DNA of 64,000 nt, from positions 192,001 to 256,000 of the forward strand of contig CAVXTH010000007.1 in the NCBI GenBank assembly GCA_963764625.1, in the 5' to 3' direction. Numbering within the stretch: the stretch's first letter is position 1; each line of letters begins with the position of its first letter. The stretch comes from Candidatus Krumholzibacteriota bacterium (GTDB lineage Bacteria; Krumholzibacteriota; Krumholzibacteriia; JAJRXK01). This document shows positions 34,850-44,844 of the stretch, piece by piece. The notes beneath the pieces were generated by a model. That model made no database searches. It saw only the letters and a program-made list of their open reading frames with translations, and had not been told where the DNA came from. Made by a program: the position numbers and the translations under genes.

Positions 34850-37800
34850 ACCGCAAGCCAGACAAGGTGCTCATCCTGGGCAGTGGCGCGCTGAAAATCG
34901 GCGAAGCCGGTGAGTTCGACTACTCCGGCTCCCAGGCGATCAAGGCTCTGCGGGAGGAGGGAATCCAAACCGTCCTGGTGAACCCGAACATCGCCACCAT
35001 TCAGACCTCGGAGGGCCTCGCGGACGAAATCTATTTCCTGCCGGTGAACGCCGATTTCGTCGAGCGCGTCATCGAGAAGGAGCGGCCGGACGCGATTCTG
35101 CTCGCCTTCGGCGGCCAGACCGCCCTCAACTGCGGGATCGAGCTGGCGGACCGAGGGGTTCTGGAACGCCACGGCGTCGAAGTTCTCGGCACCCCGCTCG
35201 AGACGATTCGCGTCACCGAAGATCGACAGCGGTTCGCCGAAATGCTGCGCGAAATCGGGCTCGACACGCCACGCAGTCGCGCCGTGACCGAGGTGGATGA
35301 CGCGCTCGCGGTGGCGCGTGAGATCGGTTTTCCCGTGATGGTGCGCGTCGCCTTTGCTCTGGGAGGGAAGGGCTCGGGTATCGCGCGTGACGAGCTGCAG
35401 CTGACGCAGATGGCCCATCAGGCACTGAACGGCGCGCCACAACTTCTAGTGGAGGAGTACCTGGAGGGGTGGAAAGAGATCGAATACGAGGTTGTGCGCG
35501 ATCGCTTCGACAACTGCATCACGGTCTGCAACATGGAGAACGTTGACGCCCTGGGGATCCACACCGGCGAAAGCATCGTCGTTGCACCTTCGCAGACTCT
35601 CAATGATCACGACTATCACCGGCTGCGCACCATCTCGATCGAACTGATTCGGAACCTGGGAGTGGTGGGGGAATGCAACGTGCAGTTCGCGCTTCACCCC
35701 GCTCGCGACGAGTACCGCATCATCGAGGTCAACGCACGTCTGTCACGCAGCTCGGCCTTGGCTTCGAAGGCGACCGGTTACCCTCTTGCATTCGTGGCCG
35801 CGAAGATCGCGCTGGGCGCGTCGCTCACCGAGGTGCCCAACTCGATCACCCGTGTTACCTCGAGCTGCTTCGAGCCAGCGCTCGACTACCTCGTCATCAA
35901 AATGCCGCGCTGGGATCTCAAGAAGTTCCCTCGCGTCTCCCACGTACTCGGCAGTGAGATGAAGAGTGTCGGCGAGGTGATGGCCATCGGGCGCAGTTTT
36001 GAGGAGGCATTGCAGAAGGCCTGCCGGATGCTGGGCACCGGAGCGCATGGTCTAGTCACGAATACCCTTGCCTTCGAGGATCTCGAGGAGGAACTGCGGC
36101 ACCCAACCGAAAATCGAGTCTTTGCCATCGCCGAGGCGATGCGGCGCGAGATGGACTTCGAACGCATCCACGAGCTCACGCGTATCTCGCCCTGGTTCCT
36201 GCAGCGGATTCGCGACATCGTCGAGACGGCCCGCAAGATAGCGGAGTTCTCCTTGGAGGGGCTTCCCGCCGCTCTCATGCGGCAGGCCAAGCAGCAGGGC
36301 TTCTCCGACAACCAGATCGCGCGGATTCTGCGGCGCGAGCAGGCGCTCGGTCCCGGCTACGGCGGCAATTTGGAAGTCCGCCGCCGTCGTCTCGAGCTGG
36401 GAATTCACCCGGTGGTGAAGCAGATCGACACCCTCGCCGCAGAATATCCGGCTCAGACGAACTACCTGTACCTGACGTACAACGGCACCGAAGACGACGT
36501 CCTTCCGACGAAGGGGCGCCCCTGTCTCGTCTTGGGTGGCGGCGCCTACCGCATCGGCTCCTCGGTCGAGTTCGATTGGTGCTGCGTGAACGCGGCACAA
36601 GCGCTGAAGCGGCTCGGTCACGGAGCCGTGATGATCAACTGCAACCCGGAGACGGTGTCCACCGATTATGACACCTGTGATCGCCTGTACTTCGAGGAGC
36701 TGTCCTTGGAGCGGGTGCTCGACATCTGTGCAAAAGAGGACCCACACGGACTCGTTCTCAGCATGGGGGGACAGATCCCCAACAAGTTGGCAGTTCCGCT
36801 GGGCGAAGCGGGCATTCCGGTGCTGGGAACGGCTCCGGCCGATATCGACCGGGCCGAGAATCGTCAGCTCTTTTCCTCACTCTTGGACGAACTCGGAGTC
36901 GACCAGCCACAGTGGCGCGAGGCGAGTTCGACCGAAGAAGCCCTGCAGTTTGCCCGCGAGTCGGGCTATCCGGTGTTGGTAAGGCCTTCCTACGTACTCA
37001 GCGGCGCCGCGATGAGCGTGGCCCACGGCGACGCGGAGCTCGAAGTCTATCTGCGCGCGGCGGCGGAGGTCTCCCGCGAGTTTCCCGTGGTCCTCTCGAA
37101 GTTCATCCTGAACGCCAAGGAAATCGAGTTGGATGCGGTGGCCAAAGACGGGGAGGTGGTGTGCTATGCGATCAGCGAGCACGTGGAGAACGCGGGCGTA
37201 CATTCGGGAGACGCGACGCTGATCTTTCCCTCGCAACGCCTCTATCACGAGACGGTGCGCCGTATCAAACAGGTTTCGCGACGCATTGCCCACGCTCTAC
37301 GCATCACCGGACCGTTCAACATCCAGTTTCTCGCGCGGGAGAACCGTATTCAGGTGATCGAGTGCAACCTGCGGGCCTCGCGGAGCTTTCCCTTCGTTTC
37401 GAAAGTTCTGAGGGAGAATTTCATCGAGTACGCGGTGCGGTGCATGCTGGAAGATCGAGTCGAGGCGCCGGAGAAATCAGCCTTCGAACTCGACTACGTC
37501 GGAGTCAAGGCGCCCCAGTTCAGTTTCTCGCGCCTCAAGGGGGCCGATCCGCTTCTGGGAGTGGAAATGGCGTCCACCGGGGAAGTGGCGTGTCTGGGCC
37601 ACGATGTCCAGGACGCGTTCTTGCGGGCCATGCTCGCCGTCGGCCATCGCATTCCCCGCAAGGGAGTCCTGCTCTCGACGGGCACGATCGAAGGAAAGGT
37701 GGCGTTTCTCGAGAGCGCGCGCCAACTGCGCGAGGCGGGACTTGCGCTGTACGCAACGCCCGGTACGCATGAGTTTCTGGCCGGCTACGGGGTGGAAGCA

Positions 37801-38064
37801 GGGCTCCTTCACGCTCCGCTCGACGAGCGTCAGCCCAACGTGGTCGACGCCATTCGCTCGGGAGAGATCGATCTCGTGATCAACGTCCCCAAGAGCTTTC
37901 AAGCCGAGGAACTCAACAACGACTATCTCATCCGCCGGCACGCCGTCGACTACGAGATTCCTCTCTTCACCAACATCCAGGCCGCGGTGATGTTCGTGGC
38001 TGCCGTCACGAGCCTCGACCCGCAGCGTGATTTGCCAGCAAAAGCCTGGAGCGAGTACCGCTGA
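34846..38064 (+). CDS. carB: Carbamoyl-phosphate synthase large subunit
   Basis: GEFDYSGSQA, HTGESIVVAP, EVNARLSRSSALASKATGYP, second ATP-grasp GVHSGDA, MGS domain; ATGA overlap with carA. Confidence 0.97.
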   Translation: MNRKPDKVLILGSGALKIGEAGEFDYSGSQAIKALREEGIQTVLVNPNIATIQTSEGLADEIYFLPVNADFVERVIEKERPDAILLAFGGQTALNCGIELADRGVLERHGVEVLGTPLETIRVTEDRQRFAEMLREIGLDTPRSRAVTEVDDALAVAREIGFPVMVRVAFALGGKGSGIARDELQLTQMAHQALNGAPQLLVEEYLEGWKEIEYEVVRDRFDNCITVCNMENVDALGIHTGESIVVAPSQTLNDHDYHRLRTISIELIRNLGVVGECNVQFALHPARDEYRIIEVNARLSRSSALASKATGYPLAFVAAKIALGASLTEVPNSITRVTSSCFEPALDYLVIKMPRWDLKKFPRVSHVLGSEMKSVGEVMAIGRSFEEALQKACRMLGTGAHGLVTNTLAFEDLEEELRHPTENRVFAIAEAMRREMDFERIHELTRISPWFLQRIRDIVETARKIAEFSLEGLPAALMRQAKQQGFSDNQIARILRREQALGPGYGGNLEVRRRRLELGIHPVVKQIDTLAAEYPAQTNYLYLTYNGTEDDVLPTKGRPCLVLGGGAYRIGSSVEFDWCCVNAAQALKRLGHGAVMINCNPETVSTDYDTCDRLYFEELSLERVLDICAKEDPHGLVLSMGGQIPNKLAVPLGEAGIPVLGTAPADIDRAENRQLFSSLLDELGVDQPQWREASSTEEALQFARESGYPVLVRPSYVLSGAAMSVAHGDAELEVYLRAAAEVSREFPVVLSKFILNAKEIELDAVAKDGEVVCYAISEHVENAGVHSGDATLIFPSQRLYHETVRRIKQVSRRIAHALRITGPFNIQFLARENRIQVIECNLRASRSFPFVSKVLRENFIEYAVRCMLEDRVEAPEKSAFELDYVGVKAPQFSFSRLKGADPLLGVEMASTGEVACLGHDVQDAFLRAMLAVGHRIPRKGVLLSTGTIEGKVAFLESARQLREAGLALYATPGTHEFLAGYGVEAGLLHAPLDERQPNVVDAIRSGEIDLVINVPKSFQAEELNNDYLIRRHAVDYEIPLFTNIQAAVMFVAAVTSLDPQRDLPAKAWSEYR

Positions 38065-38093
38065 GAGCGGATGCGGAACGCAGAACTCGCTTA

Positions 38094-39755
38094 TTACTTC
38101 AGAAGAGCCATCTTTCTGGTCTCTTTGAAAGTTCCTGCCACCATCTGGCAAAAATACACACCGGACGCCTGTGGTTGCCCGGATGCATCTCTCCCGTCCC
38201 AGTTGACGGTTGCCGGACCGGCGGGACTGACTCGATCGACAAGCGTTCGCACGAGTCTGCCCGAGAGATCGTAGATCCTGATCGTCACCGTCGATCCGCC
38301 GGCCGGGACGTCGTAGTGGATCGTGGTACTTGGATTGAAAGGGTTCGGGACATTCTGCTGCAAAGCTGGACGCACCGGTATCGTTCCTCCGGGGAGACCG
38401 GTAGACAACATCGCTGCGCTCTTCACCATTACCGCCACGTTGTCGAATAGAGGAGCGTGGCTATGACATGTCCCCGAGGAGTAAGGAGGACAGAAGACTG
38501 GGCATTCATCGATGACCTCGAGCGCCACCTGAACCTGAGTAGCACCGGTGGGAATGGGCAATGCGACCGCGTTCGCGACCCATGTCTTGGTATTGCCAAA
38601 CAATAGAAGGTGAGGATCATGCCACAGACCGAGTGTACCCTCTACGGTGAAGCGTGCCCGCACGTTGAAAAACACGGCATTTGCAAAAGGCAGGTCCTGA
38701 TAGGCGTCGAATTGAACCAGGAGAGTGTCCGCCTCCGGGACCGGTGAGCCGTCCGACGTCATGTCGAGATTGATGAGGGGCGAACGTATTTCGTTGTGAA
38801 AGAAGTCCTCCACTTGGGTCGCGTCGTTCTTCTTGGTGGGAACCGCTAGCTGCTCAGGATGTCCACCGCAGCCGTAATCGTCCGGTGAGCCGTTGAAAAA
38901 AGCTAGGAAATGCGTGGAGTTCGTGAGCGAGGGATCCTCTTGCAATACGCTAGCGCCATCGAATACGCCTGAATAATCGCCAAATGGATGGTAGCGCAGT
39001 GCTCCCCAGTCTCCGTCGATGGTAGCGGTATCTCCGACTGCTTCGGACTCGAAATCTTGGAACTCCGCGAGACCGGCGCCCGTGAGACTCAGGTTGTCGA
39101 TGATTGCTGCGCCATTGTGATCTTCCCCGTCCTCGTCGGAAATGGTGGCATCCGATTCCACCCTGAATCGTACGGTCACGGCGCCCGCAAGGCTGTCACC
39201 GGGAATCACAAACACAGGTGCCGCACTTCCCGAGCCGGTATAATCAGCCAGCGAACGCCAGCGGTCCGTCTTCGAGAGGTACTGCACTCGGACAAAATCG
39301 TAGTCCTCCTCGACGTCATACTGGATGTCGAAGGAGAAAGAGACATCTCCCGCTACCACCGGCAGTGCGTTCGAGGTAAAGTCCTGAAGCCAATTGTTCC
39401 CGTAGCCCGGCGGAGTTGCGTATAGACAGCCGACCCCGGTCCCACAGGCCACGCCGCACCAGAGGGACTTCGAACCCGCGATGGGAGCATAGGGCGCGGG
39501 CAGGCCCGCGAAATTATCGACGTGAAAGTATGCCCCGGTCTGTTCGGTCAGGTCGGCACCGGTCCATCCCTGTGGATCGGGCCCGCCGAGTAGATCATCG
39601 AAGTCGTACTCGGCCAGAGTGAACACTTGATTGCTGAAGGTGGCGGCCAGGGCAGCCGTGTTGGTCGTATCTTGTGCTTGCCGGGGAAGGGCAGCTGCAG
39701 TGACTGCCCGTAATGCGAACACGAATACGCAAACGAGGACGGTGAACAGACGCAT
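38094..39755 (-). CDS. Secreted protein with C-terminal FlgD-Ig/T9SS-type-A-like domain
   Basis: Signal peptide after AGGAGG; beta-sandwich body; tail QNVPNPFNPSTTIHY..IYDLSGRLVRTL..WDGRD..SGVYF..KMALLK. Confidence 0.85.
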   Translation of the reverse strand: MRLFTVLVCVFVFALRAVTAAALPRQAQDTTNTAALAATFSNQVFTLAEYDFDDLLGGPDPQGWTGADLTEQTGAYFHVDNFAGLPAPYAPIAGSKSLWCGVACGTGVGCLYATPPGYGNNWLQDFTSNALPVVAGDVSFSFDIQYDVEEDYDFVRVQYLSKTDRWRSLADYTGSGSAAPVFVIPGDSLAGAVTVRFRVESDATISDEDGEDHNGAAIIDNLSLTGAGLAEFQDFESEAVGDTATIDGDWGALRYHPFGDYSGVFDGASVLQEDPSLTNSTHFLAFFNGSPDDYGCGGHPEQLAVPTKKNDATQVEDFFHNEIRSPLINLDMTSDGSPVPEADTLLVQFDAYQDLPFANAVFFNVRARFTVEGTLGLWHDPHLLLFGNTKTWVANAVALPIPTGATQVQVALEVIDECPVFCPPYSSGTCHSHAPLFDNVAVMVKSAAMLSTGLPGGTIPVRPALQQNVPNPFNPSTTIHYDVPAGGSTVTIRIYDLSGRLVRTLVDRVSPAGPATVNWDGRDASGQPQASGVYFCQMVAGTFKETRKMALLK

Positions 39756-40111
39756 CGTCCACACCTCCTTGCATGATGAGTTGTTCGCGGCGGGGAGGGG
39801 ACCCTTGAGGCGGAATTATATCAGTTTCGAGTGCTCCAGGCAAGCATCTCGCGCTTCTCAATCGTAAGGCATGTCCTCCTTCCACTCCTTGCTCAAGGCC
39901 ACTGAACAGATTCTTTCCACCCTGATTCTTCACGGTACTTTTCCTTGTCTCGTGATCTGGGAGTGCTAGCCTGCGAAAAGATTACCGGTGGTTGCTTCCC
40001 CCAATCGGTATTCCTGCCCCGCGGCCGAGTTCTTCGGCTTCCACCGGCTTTTGCCTCTTTCACGCTGGGCTTCAATCAAACTCAAAACTCTCGCCATACG
40101 AGGAGGTTGTC

Positions 40112-42694
40112 TTGAGAACTCCCCGCGTCTTCGGCTTGTGCTGTCTATTGATAGCCTCGCTGATTCTCTGGACTGGTTGTGGAAACGAGCACACTCCTGA
40201 TCTCGTCACTCCGCAGTCCGCGGCTCACTCTCTCGGAAACACCGGTGTGCAGAATTCGGTGCCGACCGGATACTACGACACCGTTGACCTGACCAACGCG
40301 ACCACCCTGCGCAACTCCCTGCACAACATCATCAAGGATCACGTGCGGTTTGCCTACACTTCGACCAGTACGGATACCTGGGACATTCTCGAACAAGCCG
40401 ACGAGGACCCCAGCAATCCCAACGACATCCTCGATCTGTACCGCAATGCGAGCTATCCGAAACAGGGCGGGGGCAACACCTACTACCAGCGTGAACACAC
40501 CTGGCCCAAGTCCTACGGCTTTCCCAACGACAATTCGACGAACTATCCCTACACCGACTGCCACCATCTTTTCCTGTGCGATGGCGGCTACAACGGCTCG
40601 CGCAGCAACAAGCCCTACCGCTTCTGCGACGCCAGTTGCACCGAGAAACCCACTCTCTTGACCGATGGGGTTGGCGGCGGCAGCGGAGTCTATCCTGGAA
40701 ACTCGAATTGGACTTCGGGCTCCTACACCCAGGGGACGTGGGAAGTGTGGCAAGACCGGCGGGGCGATGTGGCGCGTGCACTGTTCTACATGGACGTACG
40801 CTACGAAGGTGGCACCAATGGCAACAGCGGCGCGCCGGAACCCGACCTGATTCTCACCGATGACGAGGCGCTGATCGATGCCTCCAACACGGGCAGCAAC
40901 GAGAGTGTCGGCTACATGGGGATGCTCTCGGTGCTCCTGGAGTGGAACCAGGAGGATCCGGTCGACGCCAAGGAAGAACACAAGAACGACGTGGTCTACA
41001 GCTACCAAGGGAATCGTAATCCCTTCGTCGACCACCCGGATTGGGTCGGATGTATTTTCGGGGGCAACTGCTCCGGAGGCGATGTTACTTCGCCCGCCGC
41101 TCCCACCGGACTCGTCGCGACCGCGGGCGACGGCAGCGTCGACCTGGATTGGACCGACAACACCGAGGGTGACCTCGACGGGTATCACGTGTATCGCGCC
41201 ACTGGGGTGGGTGGGCCGTTCAGCCGCATCGACCCCGCGCTTCTGTCGAGCAGCACCTACCAGGACAGCGGGCTCAGCAACGGTACCACCTACTACTATC
41301 AGGTGACCGCGGTCGACCTCTCGGGCAACGAGTCCGCGCCCAGCACCACCCAGAGCGCAACGCCTCAAGGTGGCGGGAGCGGTGGGGGAATCGCCTGGAT
41401 CAACGAGTTCCACTATGACAACGCGAGTACCGACACCGGCGAGTTCGTGGAGATCGCGGGTACCGCGGGCACCAGTCTCTCGGGTTGGTCCGTGGTGGGC
41501 TACAATGGCAATGGCGGCGGCACCTACCAAACCGTCGCTCTGTCGGGAACCCTGCCCGATCAGGCTTCGGGCTTCGGCACTCTGAGCTTCGCGTTCACGG
41601 GCATGCAGAACGGATCACCCGATGGACTGGCTCTGGTCGATGCGAGCAATCAGGTGGTGGAGTTTTTGAGCTACGAGGGGACCTTCACTGCTACCGACGG
41701 CCCGGCTCTCGGGATGAGTTCGACCGACGTGGGGGTGAGCGAGAGCTCCAGCACCCCCGTGGGTGATTCTCTTCAGCGGACGGGAAGTGGAACCGCCGCG
41801 GCCGAGTTTACCTGGACCGGACCTTTGGGCGAGAGCCCGGGGCAGGTCAACGCGGGGCAGAGCTTCGGCGGCCCACCGCCTGATACGACGCCCCCTGACG
41901 CGCCGACGGGGTTGGTCGCCACCGCGGGCGACGGAGTGGTCGATCTCGACTGGGCCGACAATACCGAGGGTGACCTGAACGGCTACAATGTGCTGCGCTC
42001 GACCAGCTCCGGTGGGGGATACACCGTCCTCAACGGTAGCCTGCTCTCCTCCAGCCTCTACACCGACACCTCTGTGAGCAACGGCACGACTTATTATTAC
42101 GTGGTGCAGGCGCTGGACATGGTCGGCAATGCGTCCGGGTTTAGCTCGGAAGTGAGCGCTCTACCGGAGGCTCCTACCCCGGTGGCTTGGATCAACGAGT
42201 TCCACTACGACAATCGTAAGACGGATCGCAACGAGTTCGTGGAGGTCGCGGGCAACGCAGGACTCGATTTGAGCGGCTGGGCCCTCGTGGGATACAACGG
42301 CGCGAATGGATCCGCATACGACACCATCTCGCTTTCCGGAGTGATTCCCAATCAGCTGAGTGGATTCGGCACGCTGGCCTTCGACTTCTCCGGCCTGCAG
42401 AACGGATCGCCGGACGGAATCGCGCTGGTGGACGACACGGGGACGGTGGTGGAGTTCCTGAGCTACGAAGGGAGCTTCAGCGCGACCGACGGTCCCGCCA
42501 GTGGCATGAGTTCGACCGACGTGGGGGTGAGTGAAGACTCCTCGACCGGGAATCGCGACTCGCTGCAGCGTGTCGGCACCGGTCAACTGGGAAGCGATTT
42601 CAGCTGGTCCGGCCCCAGTCCGTCGAGCGAAGGCCAGATCAACAGTGGGCAGACCTTCTCCAGTCAGTTGAGGGTCTCGATCGCGGATCGTTAG
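40112..42694 (+). CDS. Extracellular endonuclease I-family lipoprotein with two (FN3 + lamin-tail-like) modules
   Basis: TTG start after GAGGAGG, lipobox WTGC; REHTWPKS, DCHHL, NGSRSN, RGDVARALFYMDVRY, QGNRNPFVDHP; two FN3 and two WINEFHYDN..EFVE domains. Confidence 0.9.
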   Translation: MRTPRVFGLCCLLIASLILWTGCGNEHTPDLVTPQSAAHSLGNTGVQNSVPTGYYDTVDLTNATTLRNSLHNIIKDHVRFAYTSTSTDTWDILEQADEDPSNPNDILDLYRNASYPKQGGGNTYYQREHTWPKSYGFPNDNSTNYPYTDCHHLFLCDGGYNGSRSNKPYRFCDASCTEKPTLLTDGVGGGSGVYPGNSNWTSGSYTQGTWEVWQDRRGDVARALFYMDVRYEGGTNGNSGAPEPDLILTDDEALIDASNTGSNESVGYMGMLSVLLEWNQEDPVDAKEEHKNDVVYSYQGNRNPFVDHPDWVGCIFGGNCSGGDVTSPAAPTGLVATAGDGSVDLDWTDNTEGDLDGYHVYRATGVGGPFSRIDPALLSSSTYQDSGLSNGTTYYYQVTAVDLSGNESAPSTTQSATPQGGGSGGGIAWINEFHYDNASTDTGEFVEIAGTAGTSLSGWSVVGYNGNGGGTYQTVALSGTLPDQASGFGTLSFAFTGMQNGSPDGLALVDASNQVVEFLSYEGTFTATDGPALGMSSTDVGVSESSSTPVGDSLQRTGSGTAAAEFTWTGPLGESPGQVNAGQSFGGPPPDTTPPDAPTGLVATAGDGVVDLDWADNTEGDLNGYNVLRSTSSGGGYTVLNGSLLSSSLYTDTSVSNGTTYYYVVQALDMVGNASGFSSEVSALPEAPTPVAWINEFHYDNRKTDRNEFVEVAGNAGLDLSGWALVGYNGANGSAYDTISLSGVIPNQLSGFGTLAFDFSGLQNGSPDGIALVDDTGTVVEFLSYEGSFSATDGPASGMSSTDVGVSEDSSTGNRDSLQRVGTGQLGSDFSWSGPSPSSEGQINSGQTFSSQLRVSIADR

Positions 42695-42707
42695 ACCCCC
42701 CGATCAC

Positions 42708-42766
42708 AGCTGCGGGCGCATTGCGCCGCAGCTCTTGGTGGCTCCACCCACGAGGGTGGGGCCACC
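42708..42766 (+). terminator. Two adjacent GC-rich hairpins after the nuclease gene
   Basis: AGCTGCG(G)GCGCA..TGCGCCGCAGCT (42708-42733) and GGTGGCTCCACCC-ACGA-GGGTGGGGCCACC (42737-42766); no clear U-tract. Confidence 0.5.
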
Positions 42767-42811
42767 CCATCAGGATTCGACAATCCACGTGATTTGAGCT
42801 AATTTGCCGCC

Positions 42812-43405
42812 ATGTCTGAATCGCCTTTGAACGTTTTGGCGGTCGCCGGAAGCCTCCACGAAGGGTCCGTGACCCGCACCGTTCTCTCGTATGTTGCAGA
42901 GCAACTGCGCGAGAAGGGCTGCGTAGTCGACCTGCTCGACCTCAAGGCCGAGCCGCTCGCGCTCTACAATCCCGATTCCGCCTATGACGCGCCCGAGTAC
43001 GAGTCAATGCAGGCGCGCGTGGATTGGGCCGATGTCTTCGTGCTCGGCACTCCGGACTATCATGGCAGCGTGAGCAGCGCGCTCAAGAACTTCCTCGATC
43101 ACTTCTGGCACGAGTTCTGCGGTAAACTCGTGGCCACCGTCGTGGCCTCACACGAGAAGGGGCTCACCGTCACCGACCAGCTTCGTACGATTGCCCGGCA
43201 GTGCTACGCCTGGACCCTGCCCTACGGCGTGTCGTTCCACGGACGAAACGATCTCACACACGGTCAGATTTCCAACGACGCGGTGAAGAAGCGAGTCGAC
43301 ATGATGATTCGCGACGTGGAGGTGTACGGACGACTTCTGGCCGCGCAGCGCAGGGCCGATCTCGCGGGAAACGAGCCCGGCTTCCTGGCGCGCCTGCGCA
43401 AGTAG
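42812..43405 (+). CDS. NADPH-dependent FMN reductase
   Basis: AVAGSL, GTPDYHGSVSSALKNFLD. Confidence 0.9.
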   Translation: MSESPLNVLAVAGSLHEGSVTRTVLSYVAEQLREKGCVVDLLDLKAEPLALYNPDSAYDAPEYESMQARVDWADVFVLGTPDYHGSVSSALKNFLDHFWHEFCGKLVATVVASHEKGLTVTDQLRTIARQCYAWTLPYGVSFHGRNDLTHGQISNDAVKKRVDMMIRDVEVYGRLLAAQRRADLAGNEPGFLARLRK

Positions 43406-43413
43406 AATGCAGA

Positions 43414-44103
43414 CTATAGCGGCAAACGCTCGGGTTTGCTTCTCACCTGGTTGCCCAGGGCATCCACCGCCACGATCTGCGCGAACAGAACCGTAGTGCT
43501 CGATTGCGCTCCCAAATCGGCGCGCGTGAGCGAGAGGTGTGGCCCGGAGAGCTTACGCTCGAGAGCAATCTTTCCGCCCGATGTGGTGATGACCACCGTG
43601 GGTTCCTTCAGCGACGGGTCAATCTGGCAGTCGAGTTCCCATGTGTCCGGCGCCGTCTGCCGCACCTTTAGGGACACGGGAACTTCCGTCGATCCCGCGC
43701 GCACGGTATGACCCAGGTCGGTTGGGGCAGAGGGCCCTCGCAGTTGGTAGATTCCGATCGCGAACACGGCGAGGGATGCCGCGAGCAGACCTCCAGCGAG
43801 CCAAAACGACCGTCGTGGCTTGAGGGGGACAATGTTCTCGGAACTCGCCGGCTTCGATTCCGCTTCTGTGTCCAGACGATCTCGCAGCCGCACGGCGAAG
43901 GAACTCCTCAGGTCCTTCGAGTGCTTCCCTAGGCTGGAACCCACGGGCACCGAGCTCACCTCTCGCGCCAGCGCCAACTCCGCGCGGCAGGCGCCGCAAT
44001 GTTCGATGTGGGTCTCCAGCGCGTCACGCTCGCTCGCATCGAGCTCGCCTTCGCAATAGGCCAAGAAGAGGGCGGGATCAACGTGTCCGGAATCTCGGTT
44101 CAT
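43414..44103 (-). CDS. Zinc-binding (zf-HC2/ZAS) membrane anti-sigma factor
   Basis: H..HIEHCGAC motif, one TM helix (WLAGGLLAASLAVFAIGI), small extracytoplasmic domain; 3 nt downstream of the sigma gene. Confidence 0.88.
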   Translation of the reverse strand: MNRDSGHVDPALFLAYCEGELDASERDALETHIEHCGACRAELALAREVSSVPVGSSLGKHSKDLRSSFAVRLRDRLDTEAESKPASSENIVPLKPRRSFWLAGGLLAASLAVFAIGIYQLRGPSAPTDLGHTVRAGSTEVPVSLKVRQTAPDTWELDCQIDPSLKEPTVVITTSGGKIALERKLSGPHLSLTRADLGAQSSTTVLFAQIVAVDALGNQVRSKPERLPL

Positions 44104-44106
44104 GGC

Positions 44107-44754
44107 TTACTCGTCTCCCAAGAAGTTGAAGAGCGCCTTCTCTCCAAACTGCGCGCGCAGGGCCTGCCGCAGCTTGCGATGCGCCGTGGCCAGATGGGTT
44201 CGCGCCCCGGAGGTGTTGGTCAGGCCGATGACTTGATTGATCTCCTTGACCCGCAGCCCCCAGTAATACCGCAGGTGCACGACTTCCTGCTCCCGGGGCG
44301 AGAGCTCTTCTTTACAGATCCCAGCGACAAGTCGCGCCATCTCGCCCTGCTCGACCTCCAGCGCGGGATCGGCAGGGTCGATCAACTCGGTGGCCCAGAC
44401 CTCCTCCATCTCCTCCGTGGCTACCTCGTGGCGTTGATGCCGACGCAGGTTGAAGCAACGATTCCGCACCAAGACATACAGCCACGAAGAGAAATGCCGT
44501 CGAGCGTCGTAGCCGGGAGGCCTCTCCAGGAAGGAGAGGAAGACTTCCTGTGTGAGGTCATACGCCAAATCTTCGTCTCCCAGGAGCCGACAGCACTGGC
44601 TGTACACCCGAGTGTGGTAACGTTCAAACAGCACTTCGAGGGCTCGACCCCGATCGACGCCCTCCGCTGACGGAAGTCGCTCTTCCCGGACGACTGCGAA
44701 GAGCTCATCATCCGACCATTCGTCGAGCGTGAGATCACTGGCGGCTTCACTCAT
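44107..44754 (-). CDS. ECF RNA polymerase sigma factor
   Basis: Region 2 (DLTQEVFL, FSSWLYVLVRNRC) and region 4 (LSPREQEVVHLRY..KEI). Confidence 0.92.
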   Translation of the reverse strand: MSEAASDLTLDEWSDDELFAVVREERLPSAEGVDRGRALEVLFERYHTRVYSQCCRLLGDEDLAYDLTQEVFLSFLERPPGYDARRHFSSWLYVLVRNRCFNLRRHQRHEVATEEMEEVWATELIDPADPALEVEQGEMARLVAGICKEELSPREQEVVHLRYYWGLRVKEINQVIGLTNTSGARTHLATAHRKLRQALRAQFGEKALFNFLGDE

Positions 44755-44844
44755 TGGAACACCGTTCCCTGCGGGTTTGGCAAGAGCAAGGAGTTCTACA
44801 CCGCATTTGACTGCAGAGCGTGCTGGGGGGAAACTGCGATTTAC

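Noticed and set aside
39756-40111. Riboswitch or ncRNA in long intergenic gaps (also 50962-51275 and 55053-55323)
   Set aside because: No recognisable conserved aptamer or tRNA structure by eye; an Rfam/Infernal scan would be needed.
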